DNA of 64,000 nucleotides, taken from contig NC_052157.1 in the NCBI RefSeq assembly GCF_902713615.1, forward strand, positions 61,344,146 through 61,408,145. Reading direction: 5' to 3'. The notes beneath the pieces are model-generated. The model ran no database searches. It worked only from the letters and a program-made list of their open reading frames with translations, and was not told the origin of the DNA. Origin of the DNA: Scyliorhinus canicula. Its lineage: Eukaryota. This document shows positions 37,501-49,821 of this stretch, in pieces. Numbering within the stretch: the first letter of the stretch is position 1; each line of letters begins with the position of its first letter. Made by a program: the position numbers and the translations under genes.

Positions 37501-40500
37501 ACCACATTCCCACCCCCATCCGTCACTCCACCAATTTCCCTAGCCGCATCTCGCCTATGGAGCTGATGCGCCAACATCCTGCTCGCCTTCTTCCCATACT
37601 CATATACCGCACCCTGCGCCCTCCTCCACTGTGTCTCCGCCTTTCTAGTGGTCAACAAGTCGAACTTGGCCTGGAAACTACACCGATCCCCCAGCAACCC
37701 CTCCTCCGGTGCCTCCGAGTACCTCCTATCCACATCCAGGAGCTCCCCCACCAGTCTCTCCCTCTCCTTCCTCTCCCTCCTTTCCCTATGGGCCCGGATA
37801 GAGATCAGCTCCCCCCGGATCACTGCTTTCAGAGCCTCCCAGACCATCCCCACCCGGACCTCCCCTGTGTCGTTGGTATCAAGATACCCCTCAATACTTC
37901 CCCGGACCCTCCTACACACCTCCTAATCAGCCAGCATCCCCACATCCAGGCGCCATAGCGGACGCTGGTCCCGCGCTTCCGCCATTTCCAGATCAACCCA
38001 GTGCAGAGCATGGTCTGATATTGCTATGGCCAAATACTCGGCATCCTGAACCTTCGGGATCAATCGCCTGCTCAGGATGAAAAAAATCTATTCGGGAATA
38101 AACCCTATGGGCATGAGAGAAAAAGGAATACTCCCTCGCCCTCGCCCTCGCCCTCCCAAACCTCCAGGGATCCACCCCTCCCATCTGGTCCATAGACCCC
38201 CTCAGCACTTTGGCCGCCGCCAGTCTCCTACCCGTCCTTGAACTGGACCGGTCCAGTGGGGGATCCAGCACTGTGTTAAAGTCTCCCCCCCCATGATCAG
38301 GCCCCCTGCCTCCAGGTCCGGAATGCGGCCCAACAAGCGCCTCATGAAGCCAGCATCATCCCAATTCGGGGCATACACATTAACCAGCACCACCTTCTCT
38401 CCCTGCAGCCTACCCTTCACCATAATATATCTGCCCTCCTTGTCCAATACCACCTCAGCCGCCTCGAACGCCACCCTCTTCCCCACTAGAATCGTCACCC
38501 CCCGGTTCTTCGCGTCCAATCCTGAGTGAAAAACCTGCCCCACCCACCCCTTCCTCAGACGAACCTGGTCCGCCACCTTCAAATGGGTCTCCTGGAGCAT
38601 AGCCACGTCCGCCTTCAGCCCCTTCAGATAAGAAAATACCCTAGTTCTCTTAAACGGCCCATTCAGCCCCCTCACGTTCCAGGTGATCAGCCGGATCAGA
38701 GGGCAACCCGCCCCCCTCCCCCGCCGGCTAGCCATAGCTTATCGTCTGCTCGCCCCAGGCCAGCGCGCCCCGCCCGACCCGTTCCCCATGGCGATGACGC
38801 CTCTCCTCTACCCCTCCGGCCCACACCAGCTCCTTTATGGCCATTCCAGCAGCAACCTGGTATCCCCCCCCCCACCCCCTCCCCCCCAGGCTAGGGCCCC
38901 TCCTAGCCGCGACGCACCCTCCATGGTACTTCCGTGAGTCAGCTGACTTCTGCTGACCCCAGCAGCTCCCGCCAAAACCCATCCCTCCCGACATGGGGTC
39001 ACCCCCCTCTTGCCACACCTCCTTGGCACCGCTTCAGCGCGGAAAAGAAAACCAGTAGAGGCCACGCCCCGACCGCCAGTTCCACCCCCCCTGCCCCGCA
39101 GCGCGGGAAACCAGAGGAAAGCCCGCGCTTTCATACTGCCACACCCCATCCTTCTGACGCAGCTCCCCAAAATCCAGTTTCACCCCAACCCCCAGCCCCG
39201 TACAGAAGGGAACATAAAAAACACAAACCCCCAACGTTCCCCACATACCCCACACCCATACCCAACAGACAGACCCACCCGGAAACAGAGCAAAAAAACA
39301 AACCAGCATAAAAAACACATGTCAAAATTGCAAAACAGCAACAGCGAAAACAGCAACGGCCATAGTGTGTCCCCAGACCCTAGTTCGAGTCCAGCTTCTC
39401 CACCTGTACAAAGGCCCACGCCTCCTCCGGGGACTCGAAGTAGTGGTGCCGGTCCTTATATGTCACCCACAGACGCGCAGGCTGCAGCATTCCACATTTG
39501 ACCTGCCTGGCATGCAGCACCGCCTTCGTCCGGTTGAACCCGGCCCGCCGCTTAGCCACCTCGCACTCCAGTCCTAGTAGATTCACACTACTGAGTTCTC
39601 CCACTTGCTGCTCCTCTCTTTCTTGGCCCAACGCAGCACACACTCCCGGTCGCTGAATCGATGGAACCGCACCAGCACCGCCCGCGGGGGTTCATTTGTC
39701 TTGGGACTCCTGGCCAGCACTCTGTGAGCTCCCTCAAGCTCCAGGGGTAAATGGAAGGATCCCACTCACATCAACAAGCTCAACATCGTGGTCACATAAG
39801 ACGGAAGATCCGACCCCTCCAGCCCCTCCGCCAGGCCCAGGATCCTCAAATCCTTTCGCCTTGTGCGAACGTCGAGCTCCTCCAAGCGGTCTTGCCACTT
39901 TTTGTGAAGTGCCTCGTGCAACTCCACTTTCCCCACGAGGACCACAGCCTCCTCCTCCCGCTCAGCGGCCTGCTGCTGCAACTCCCGGATGGACACCTCC
40001 TTGGCCGCCTGGGTCTCAAGCAGCCTGTTGGTAGTCGCATTCAAGGAGTCCAGCAACTCAGCCTTCAGCTCCGCAAAACAGCGCAGAAGAGAAGCTTGCT
40101 GCTCCTGCGCCCACTTCCACCAGTACTCGGGTGTTCCGCCGGCCGCCATTTTGTCCTTCTTCCCCCGCTTTTCTTGGAGAGCTGCTGCTGCCTTTTCCCT
40201 TGCCCCACTCCAGGTCAGCACCATAAATTGCGGGGAATGCTCCTCCGGACACCTTCCCCCACCGGGATTTGTCGAGACAGCGCCGTTTGGGGCCCTCAAA
40301 TAGGCCCAAAAGTCCTTAGGTAGCGGGAGCTGTCGAACGTGCGGCTTAGCTCCGCATAGCCGCAACCGGAAGTGTGTTCAATGTGTTTTATTGAACTATT
40401 AGCACAGTTCTCAATGAGTTTGACTCTGCTGATTTAAATGTAGTAACTCAGTCTAACTGAACCAGTATTGGTCTCAGCCACGTGCTGGGGTGTGATTCTG

Positions 40501-43500
40501 AGGATACACCATGTCTCACTCTGTAGATGTTGCCCTGTGGAAAGAGGCGGGATGTGAGTGCCTCATCCCTTTTACAGTGCAATACCACCTCCGAGTGTCC
40601 TGACTGCTCATTGGTCGTGTCCTGTTCTATGTGTTCATCAGCTGCATGTTTGCATATCATGACATTTCCCCCTTTTTTTTGTTTTGTTGGTGTATGTGAA
40701 TGTATTTACATGTAAATGAGTCTGTCTAATATGACTGATGGAGGACAACAGAACAGAGCAAACAAAACAAACAGTCACAAGTCCAATCTTTGGGGCTTGC
40801 GTCTGATCCTGGTTGACCGCCGGAGAGGTGGCAGAGGGGACGACGGCGCCTTGACAGGCGGGATGGCAGCCTGACTGGTGGCCTCGCGGTGCAAGGTATC
40901 AGGAGGTGGCAATTCAACATATGGAAATGGAGGAGAAAGTGGTTGTGGGCAAGCAACTTTGTGCAGTGCCCATTGATTCCTTTGCAAGATGGAGCCATCA
41001 GCCATACGGATAACATAAGAGCGGGACGCGGCCTGTCGAACAACGACAGCCGGGGCAGACCATACTGTGGTAAACCACTGTTGCACCTCTATTAGAGGAT
41101 GTATGGTAGGACCTGTACTACAGGAACGTTGGTAGTCCCTGAGTATAAATATGTGTGTCCTCCATGCTGCAGCCATTACGCCAGTTGCTGTGGGAGGCCA
41201 TACATCGTAGAGCAGTAAAGCCTCAGTTGTATCCAACTCAAGACTTTGTGCAATTGATCGTGCATCACACCCACCATCCGGTATCTTGATCCTGACAGTG
41301 TCTGCCGGGAATAGCACAGCCAGATCGGTGGTATGGGCATCATAGCCCTGCTTTTGACGGTCTCTGAGCTGCTGCATCTTCTGCAGCACCGGGAGGTGAT
41401 CCAGGTTGGGCAGGTGTATGGCTGGAAGTGTCGTCCGCAGGTCCCTGTTCATCAGGAGTTGAGCCGGCGACATGCCATTGGACAATGGAGTCGCCCTGTA
41501 AGCGAGCAGTGCAATGTGTATGTCGGAAGCAGAGTCCACGGCCTTGCAGATGAGCTGTTTCACAATGTGCACCCCTTTCTCGACCTTTCCATTGGACTGT
41601 GGATAGTGCGGACTGGAGCTGACATGCTGGAAATTGTATGACCTGTCAAACGAGGACCATTCTCGACTGGTAAAGCACGGGCCATTGCCGCTCATGACGG
41701 TGATTAGGATGCCATGTCTTGAGAACGTCTCCTTACAGGCCTTGATGACGCTCCGAGAGGTGAGGTCCGGGGCTTCAGCACCTCAAGGTAATTCGAGAAA
41801 TAGTTGATGATGAATACGTCGTCGCGACCATTCGCATGAAAGAGGTCGATGCCAACCTTGGAGCACGGAGAGGTCACTATGTCATGCTGTTGGAGCGTCT
41901 CCTTGCTCTGCGCTGGCTGGAACTGCTGACAGGTAACACAGTTCAGGGCCATGATCGTGATGTCCTGGCTGATGCCGGGCCAGTAGACAGCTTGCCAGGC
42001 TCTGCGTCTTCACTTCTCGATGCCCAGGTGTCCCTCATTAATCTGGTGCCGCACCAAACTCTGGAGACTGAGCGGAATGACAATCCTGTCCAGCTTGAGG
42101 AGGATACCATCAATCACCGTCAGGTCATCCTTCACAGTGTTAAATTGTGGGCACTGCCCTTTCTGCCAGCCATTGATGAGGTTGTGGATGACCCGCTGCA
42201 AGAGTGGGACCTTGGCTGTCTCATCACAGATGAGAACTACCTTCTCGTCTGTTGCCGGGAGAGTGCTAGCACACAGCTGCACCTGTGTTTCGATGTGCTG
42301 GATGATCACCAGCAGCTCACTGGGCGAGGTGATGGAGCGGGACAATGCATCAGCGATGATGAGCTCCTTGCCAGGTGTGTACACCAAGTTGAAGTCATAC
42401 CTCCTCAGTTTAATCAGGATTCTCTGCAACCGAGGCATCATGTCGTTCAGGTCCTTGTGGATGATGTGGCCCAGAGGCCTATGATCCGTCTCGACAGTGA
42501 ATGTCGGCAGGCCGGCGACATAATCATAAAATTTGAGGATGCTGGTGAGAAGACCCAGGCACTCCTTTTGAATCTGAGCATAACTGGTTTCAGTGGGCGT
42601 CATCGCCCCTGATGCGTAGGCTACTGGTGCCCAGGATGATGTGTCATCTCGTTGAAGCAACACCGCACCGATGCCATCCTGACTCGCATCTGTGGATATC
42701 TTTGTCTCCCAGTCCGGATTGAAGAATGCCAGGAGTGGTGCAGCAGTGAGCTTGGCTTTCAGCTCCGGCCTCTCTGTCTGGTGTGCCGCCTTCCACTCAA
42801 AGGCAATTGACTTTTTCACCAGGTTGCGTAGGGTTGTGGTGTGTGTGGCCATGTTTGAAATGAACTTGCCCAGAAAATTACTCAAGAAGCTCAGCACCAC
42901 CTTTTTGTCCTCGGGGACCTTCATCGCCTCGATGGCCTTGTTTTTGTCTGTGTCCGGGTGCACACAATGCTGTGAGATCTGGTCGCTTAGAAACTTGAGC
43001 GTCGGTGTGCCAAATCAACATTTGGACCTGTTTAACTTTAGGCCGTTGGCATGTACACGGCGGAATACCTTCTGGAGGCGGGACACATGTTCTTCAGGGG
43101 TTGTGGCCCATATGATGATGTCGTCCACGTACACACAAACCCCTTCAATGCCTTCCATCCTCTGCTCCATGATGCGATGGAATATCTCCGATGCCGAGAT
43201 CATGCCAAATGGCATGCGATTGTAGCAGTGTCTGCCAAAAGGAGTGTTGAAGGTGCAGAGCCTTCTGCTGGACTCTTCCAGTTGGATTTGCCAAAATCCC
43301 TGTGATGCATCCAATTTGGTGAAGAAGCGCACGTGTGCCATCTCACACTTGAGTTCCTCCCGCTTCGGGGTGGGGTAGTGTTCCCGCATGATATTCTTAT
43401 TGAGATCCTTGGGATCAATGCAGATGCGCAGGTCCCCCGAAGGCTTCTTTATGCACACCATCGAGCTGACCCAGTCAGTTCGGTGACCTTGGATATGATG

Positions 43501-44242
43501 CCTTTTTGCTGAAGGTCCTTGAACTGTGCCTTCAGGCGCTCTCTCAGTGGAGCAGGGACACATCGTGGTGCGTGGACCACTGGCTTGGCATCAGGTCGTA
43601 GCAGAATCTTGTATCGATATGGCAGCATGCCCATCCCGTTGAACACATCTGGATACTGGGCGAGGATGTCGTCGATCCCGGCCAGATGATCCACATGGGA
43701 GGATGGCGTGGTGTAAACCCTTTGAATGAGGTTCAGCTGCTTGCAGGCATGCGCACCTAGGATGGACGCCCTGTCTGGCTTCACAATTTCAAAGCGTAAC
43801 CGTGCTTGTGTGGGTTGGTTGGATACATGCAGATGGCAGGATCCCAGTGCCGTGATGGCATTCCCGCTGTAATCCAGGAGCTTGCAGGCAGCTGGAAGGA
43901 GCGTGGGGGACTTCTTAATTCGCTTGAAGTCTGCCTGTGAGAGGAGGTTGGCAGAGACACCTGTGTCCAACTTGAACTGGATGGGGCAGTGGTTAACCTT
44001 CATCACTGCTCGCTATTCGTCCTTAAAATCCACAGCTAGGATTGACTGGACTTGCGATGAGTCTGGGGTGTGATGCTGAGGAGACACCATGTCTCACTCC
44101 GTAGATGTTGGTCTGTGGAAAGAGGCGGGGTGTGAGTGCCTCATCCCTTTTATAGTGAGATACCACCCCTGAGTGTCCTGACTGCACATTGGTCGTGTCC
44201 TACTCTATCTGTTCATTAGCTGTATGTTTGCATATCATGACA
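34587..44242 (-). mobile_element. Gypsy element with gag deleted: 5' LTR remnant ~44063-44242, pol ~40775-44006, PPT 40665-40686, 3' LTR 34587-40664 split by an L1
   Basis: 5-bp TSD GGGAG; LTR starts TGTCATGATATGCAAAC at both ends; KLDTG, YVDD, TDASQ..GA, and integrase SSPHYPQSNG motifs. Confidence 0.9.
34682..40375 (-). mobile_element. Full-length L1 (family 2): ORF1 ~40185-39380, ORF2 ~38735-34927, both frameshifted
   Basis: TSD GTTCAATGTGTTT at ~34668 and 40376; 5' end CACTTCCGGTTGCGG; ITWNVRGL, GTRQGCPLSP and LYADD motifs. Confidence 0.92.
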
Positions 44243-44759
44243 GGGAGAATGTGCAAACTCCACATGGACAGTGACCCAGAGCCGGGATGAAACCTGGGAC
44301 CTCGGCGCTGTGAGGCAGCAGTGCTAACCACTGCTGCCATAGATCCAGGTATTTTTAAAAAGAGATTAGGGTCTCTGCCTCCAAACCGACTTCCAGACTC
44401 CCACTATCCTCTATGTAAAAAAGTTCTCCCTCATGTCCCTTCCACACCTTCTGCCATTTATCTTGAATCTATGGCCCTTTGTTATTCCCTGAAGCCAATC
44501 TTACCCCATTAAACTTGACTCTTAACCCTCAACTACAATTAAAGGCAGTTGGGCAACTGCTGCCTGTAACTGACAGGTGTTATAGTTAGTCCCAAAATCC
44601 GTTTTGCCTCCCCTGTCTAGGTCACCAGCCTGGTTGTTGTGTTTTCTAAACTCAGGAGCCAGGCCTCTCCCCTCGACGTATTGGGATGTTTATTCTCCCA
44701 CTACTGAGGCGGGGGGGGGCTCCTGTGTCGGCCTCCATTTTGAGCAGACGTGATAGGAG

Positions 44760-45790
44760 CCACTTTGCGCGCTTTCATGTTGTGCACTGGAGCCAGAATT
44801 ATTTTTTTCTCGAGCGCCGGGCAGGTCCTGTTTAGCCGTGCACTTGTTTGTTACATGCACTTAACACCAACTCACATCTTCCCTAAATCTACACTTCTCC
44901 ACATCTTTATTTGTAGACTGATTCTCCAATACCTATGCACTATCTGGTTGAGTACTTTTTTGTTCTTAAAGTTTGTGCCCAACTGCAGTTACCCTCCAAA
45001 CTTGGTGAACCTCACCAGCTTGCACACTTTGAAGCTCCATTGTGCGATTTTCTGCACTTTCCATAGCAAGGGCAATTTCTAACAATTTCTTTAGAGTTAT
45101 TTCTGTTTCTGCCAAGTTTCTTCAGTCTGACAGTATTATTCAATCCACACACTAACCCGTCTCTCAACATCTCATCAAGGGCAGGGCAAAATTCACAATG
45201 TTCCATTCTTTGCCTCAACCTCGCCACAAAAGCTCCTGGCACACCCCCGGGCATTCTTGTCATTGAAATAAATTTATATCTCGGCATAGTCACCAAGGAC
45301 TTAGGGTGATAATGCTGTTATACTATTTCTATGAGACCTTCCAAAGTCATAGTGTTCGGGGCGTCTGGAAAAGGCAAACTCCTCCCCCTCCAGTTTGTTT
45401 GCTTCGGGGAAATACCTCAGGAGTTCAATGTAGCGAACCCAATCCTCCGAATAAGGGTGGAATGGCTCAAGATTTGCTAATTGAGGCATTATAACTCACT
45501 GACTACTGAATAGACAGGCATCTAATGGCTTGCACACGGGGTCTGCTTTGCCATGGGGCCTCCGTGGCTAATGAAAAGCACTCTGATGATCCTAGTTGCT
45601 AAATGTAATATTTGTGAAGGAATGGCAACCACCAGAGTGAATATAGAACTATTTATTAACAGAATAATAATGTACAGTGAAGGATAATCAAGCTACCGAT
45701 CACATTGACCCCAGTTTGTAGCCTGCCTGGATAGACTGCACTCAGCCCCAGGATTCATTCTCTTCAGCCTGATTGGCTGAACATGACTCT
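44760..45790 (-). mobile_element. Old Gypsy LTR/gag remnant
   Basis: MPQLANLEPFHPYSEDWVRYIE.. and LDEMLRDGLVCG gag remnants. Confidence 0.6.
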
Positions 45791-45799
45791 TCAAAACCC

Positions 45800-46845
45800 A
45801 GCCCTTAAAAGGGTTCGTTACCACAGTGGGACTGCTCTCTCCTGGTTCCATTCCTTTCTATCTAATCATTACCAGCGAATCATTTGCATAGCTTTGCAAC
45901 ATCAAATGAAAAGTGTTAGTTATCGCATGTATACTGACGACACCCAGCTCTACCTCACCCCCACCTCTCTTGACTCTTCCACTGTTGTTTAATTATCAGA
46001 CCTCTTATCCAGCGTGCTACAGAAGATAAACATAGATTACTTCCAAATAAATATTGGGAAGACTGAAGCGATTGTTTTCAGTCCCCATTCCAAGCTCCGT
46101 TCACCAGTGACCGACTCCATCCCTCTCGCTGGCAAGTCTCTGTGATAAACCAAACTTTTGACAAGTTTGGCGTCACATTTGATTCTGAGATGAGTTTCCG
46201 AACTCATATCCCAGCATCCCTAAAACCGCCTATTTCCACCTTCATAACATTTTATGACTTCACCCAGTATCAGTTTGTCTGCTGCTGACACTCTCATCTA
46301 TGCCTTCTCTCCACGCTCAACTATTCCAGCAGACATTCTACCCTGCATAAACTAGAGGTCTTCCAAATATCTGCTGCCCGTGTCTTAACTTGCACCAATT
46401 CCACTGACCTCTCACCTCTGTGCTCACTGACCTAGACTAGCTCCTGGTCAAGCAAAGACTTAATTTCAAAATTCTCGTCCTTATTTCCTAAAGTTTGAAA
46501 TCTCCTCCAGCCCTACAACCTTCCGACATCTCTGTGCTCCTTCCATTCCCGACTCTTGAGCATGCCCCAAATTCCCACCATTGGCGACTGTGCCTGGGGC
46601 CCTCAGCTCTGGAATTGACACCTTAAGTCTCTCCACCTCCCTTTCTTTCTCCTTCTATTTCTCTCGCACTGTTCCTTTTAAATGCTCCTTAAAAACTTAC
46701 CTCTTTGACTGAGCTTTTGACCACCTGTCCCAATATCTCGGTCTGTGCCTGGCTGTCACTCTTTGTTTTATGATGCTCCTGTGCAGCACCTTGGGATATT
46801 TAAATATGTTAACATTAGTCTGTAAATATCAGTTGTTGTTGTTCT
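45800..46845 (+). mobile_element. L2-type LINE 3' remnant
   Basis: YTDDTQLYL motif, NIGKTEAIVF, (GTT)n tail. Confidence 0.7.
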
Positions 46846-47233
46846 TTCCCCCTCTACCCCAGTTCGAGTCTTCTTTCTGAGGTAATATACAACCTCCTTA
46901 TTTTTCTTTCCCAAATAACGTTTTTAATTTGAATTTAGCGAATGCCAATCCCCAAGTCCAAGCATTAATCTCCTCATTTACTGAGTTTACTCTGTAGAGG
47001 GGACGTTCCTTCATAATGTGTTGTATTGTTTGTCATTCCACAATTGCAAAAGGGGTTTGAGGCCCCAGCTGTTGGAGGTTTGCTGCACAGGGTGCTGCCG
47101 AATCCTGACCTCTCCTGAACATGTTTAGCAAGGCACACATTTACCTGAGAACTTCAAGTACTCGAGCCTGCTCCGTCATGAAAACTCTGTCTAACTCAGC
47201 CTTGAATACATTCAATGTCCCACAGCCTCCACA

Positions 47234-47513
47234 ACAGTTATCAATCGTGTCTGGGAAATCAATCGAGAGGCGGAGTCTGGTTTAATGAGCAATAGGGAAG
47301 ATCGCAGCTAGCCTTTCACTCCAAGAATCACAATCACGAGTTGCCACGGTTCCGCCACCGGACCAGGCTGCCTGGAGACCTGAAAGATGGCGAATGTTCC
47401 CTGATAATAAACAATATCAGGCAGGAAGATGCAGGACCTTATTATTTCAGAATAGAATTTTGACAATGGCCTCAGCCTTAGTCATCAACCTGTTACCCGG
47501 CTTCATGTTTCTG
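47234..47513 (+). pseudogene. Siglec V-set exon V4, pseudo-exon
   Basis: ..GGVWFNEQ*GRSQLAFHSK..GDLKDGECSLIINNIRQEDAGPYYFRIEF; TAG stop, +1 T frameshift, 5' end and acceptor missing, GTAAGT donor kept. Confidence 0.85.
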
Positions 47514-49527
47514 GTAAGTGCTGGGTTATAATTCCTCAACAATTCACATTCGGCACTCAAGGGAAAAGAACAAAAATTGTGATGTTTACAAATTGTAATC
47601 ATGTCTTGTTTTCAAACTCAAACTTATAGTTTGTTCCAAGGCACAATTTTCAAGGGAACAAATTGATGACTCATTCAAAAGGCTGGTTTGCTGATAAAAG
47701 TTAATTTATTTGTATGCATGATTACTGATATACAGCAAGCACAGATTTAAAATGATAACAGGGAAATTTAAATGGTTACTGATTGAGACTGGGAAAGAAG
47801 AGAATAGCAAATAATAATATGGAAATTGCAGTGTAAGGGTTAACAGAATGGACATGTCAACATATGATGGAGATGATGATGTGTCACTGACATCGATCGG
47901 TCATGTATCAGACTCCCGAGACAGAGGGGTTGAAAACATTACAGGAGCAACATGCTCACTCTGTAACCTGTGTAGAGAGACAGTTGTAATAAGTGTTAAG
48001 CAAGTACCAGAGTATGATGACAGTCTGTCCGATAACCTAGAACCTCGCCAAGAATCCACAGACCATCCAAAACAAAAGCAACAAATCTGCTTTGTTTCTC
48101 TCCTCCAAAAAGGTACATTTCTCAATAATTATCTCAAATTTAAATGATGAAATATGTTACAGGAGCCTCATTCGCTCAGTCACTGAAGTGGTCAGCTCCT
48201 GTTGATTGGAGGTTAATACTTCTGAGACTCAAGTTAATTTTCCCCCTTCCTTCGACAGCAGTGCTGGTCCCTTGGGTTTGAAGTAAAAGCTTCTGCTGTG
48301 TTCAAACATTTAAACATTTTTCAGGGGATGGGTTTAACATAGTGAGAAGCCGGACCATCCTCTGGTGATATAAATATAAAAATGCTAAAATCAAAGTGCC
48401 CAATAACATTTTTAGTCCTTTGTTTTTCCCATAGAGTTTGAACCTGTCCAGAAACGTGCTAATCATTATTTCCCTATATCCAATAATTTTCCGTGAGGTG
48501 AAGACCCTTGCAGCCCACCATCCAAAAAATGAGGTTTGCATTTTGGAGGTACACTGTGTCATCTGATTTAAGTTTGACTGCACCACATCTTTGTCATAAA
48601 TTTAAACATCAGTGTCCCTCGCTTGCCTGCGCTGTCTTTGTTGTTTCTAATGATGACATTTGTTTGGGTCTCACAGCTCAGGAAATTAAGCAGGTTTATT
48701 TTAGAAAGGCTGAAATTTCTGGAAGAGAATCTCTTTTCAAGCCAGTTTAGTTTATTGCAGAACATGATGGGGAATATGGCTAAATGCTTTGCCCTGATTT
48801 CAATTCAGAATTGTTTCACTTTGTTCCACAATATTAGCCAAAAGCGTAGCATGTGAGAATACTGTATCAGTAACCTGGTGATAGCTTCCAATAGAGACAT
48901 AAAACAATCTCTAATACTCACTTTGGTATCAATGATTAAATGTATTCAGTGCCCATCAATGTTATCAGGTTACCCATTCCCCTCAATCTCTCTAATCCTG
49001 TTTAAAACTCTTACAAATCAATAAAATAAACATTCACATTTCTATGGCATCTTTCACCACCTCAACATGTCCCAAATAGATTCATAGACAATTAAATCAT
49101 TTCTGAAATGTGGCCCCTGCTTTGATGTTCATTTTCAGCAGCCAATTTGTGCACAGCAAGCTCCCACAAACAGCAAGATGATCAATAGCCTGATAATCTG
49201 TATTAGGTACTCGTTCACAGATTGTTTCAAATTGTTTCTGTTCAGATGGAGACAGGATAGAATTTAAATTTGTCAAATTGTTGTGAACATAATGAATCAT
49301 TTCACCATGAGCTGTGAGCAGCTCCTCCTCCCTCACCCAAGATTGTCAATTGGAGTGAAAGTGTATTAAGCTGATTGACAGACACTCCACTAGGTCTGAA
49401 CGTAGGAAATAATTTCTCAGTGCTGTATTACCCTTCCAAAAGAGCTTTCTCTTGTGGGACTGTGATTTCTATTTGAACTGATGCTTCACGTTATATTTAT
49501 CTGAAAGTATCATTCTGTGTTTGTCAG

Positions 49528-49821
49528 ATTTCACAGATAAACCCAGGATATTTCCGGCTGAAATTATTGCAGGAAAGCGTGTGGACATAAGCTGCACCTT
49601 CAACACAACGTGCAGTGGAATAGCACCTGTCTTAACCTGGGACACTCCCACTGACGTACCTGGATCAGTCTCAAAGACAGTAACTCAGCATGGCGTCGCT
49701 CTGACCTATACTTCTGTTCTGACCCTGATCCCATCACTCAGACACCACGGACAAAATCTCACCTGTGGACTGAGATATCCATCTGTTTCATCGGAGCGGA
49801 CCCTCGTACTAACTGTGCAAT
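49528..49821 (+). CDS. Siglec domain 2 C2-set exon, 294 bp, phase 1-1
   Basis: ttgtcag and GTAAGT sites; SCTFNTTCSG..P.LTW carries the extra Cys expected to bond the V domain; NLTC. Confidence 0.9.

Larger units (their letters stand above)
34461..44340 (-). mobile_element. HE1/V-SINE short form, split into 34461-34586 and 44243-44340
   Basis: Halves join as ..CATGGGGAG|AATGTGCAAACTCC; outer ~15-bp TSD AGATCCAG(C/G)TA(C/T)TTT at 34446 and 44341. Confidence 0.8.

Noticed and set aside
47848-48147. ORF ending ..ICFVSLLQKG with a GTACAT donor as a Siglec leader exon
   Set aside because: No suitably placed ATG or hydrophobic core, a weak donor, and it lies downstream of all V exons.
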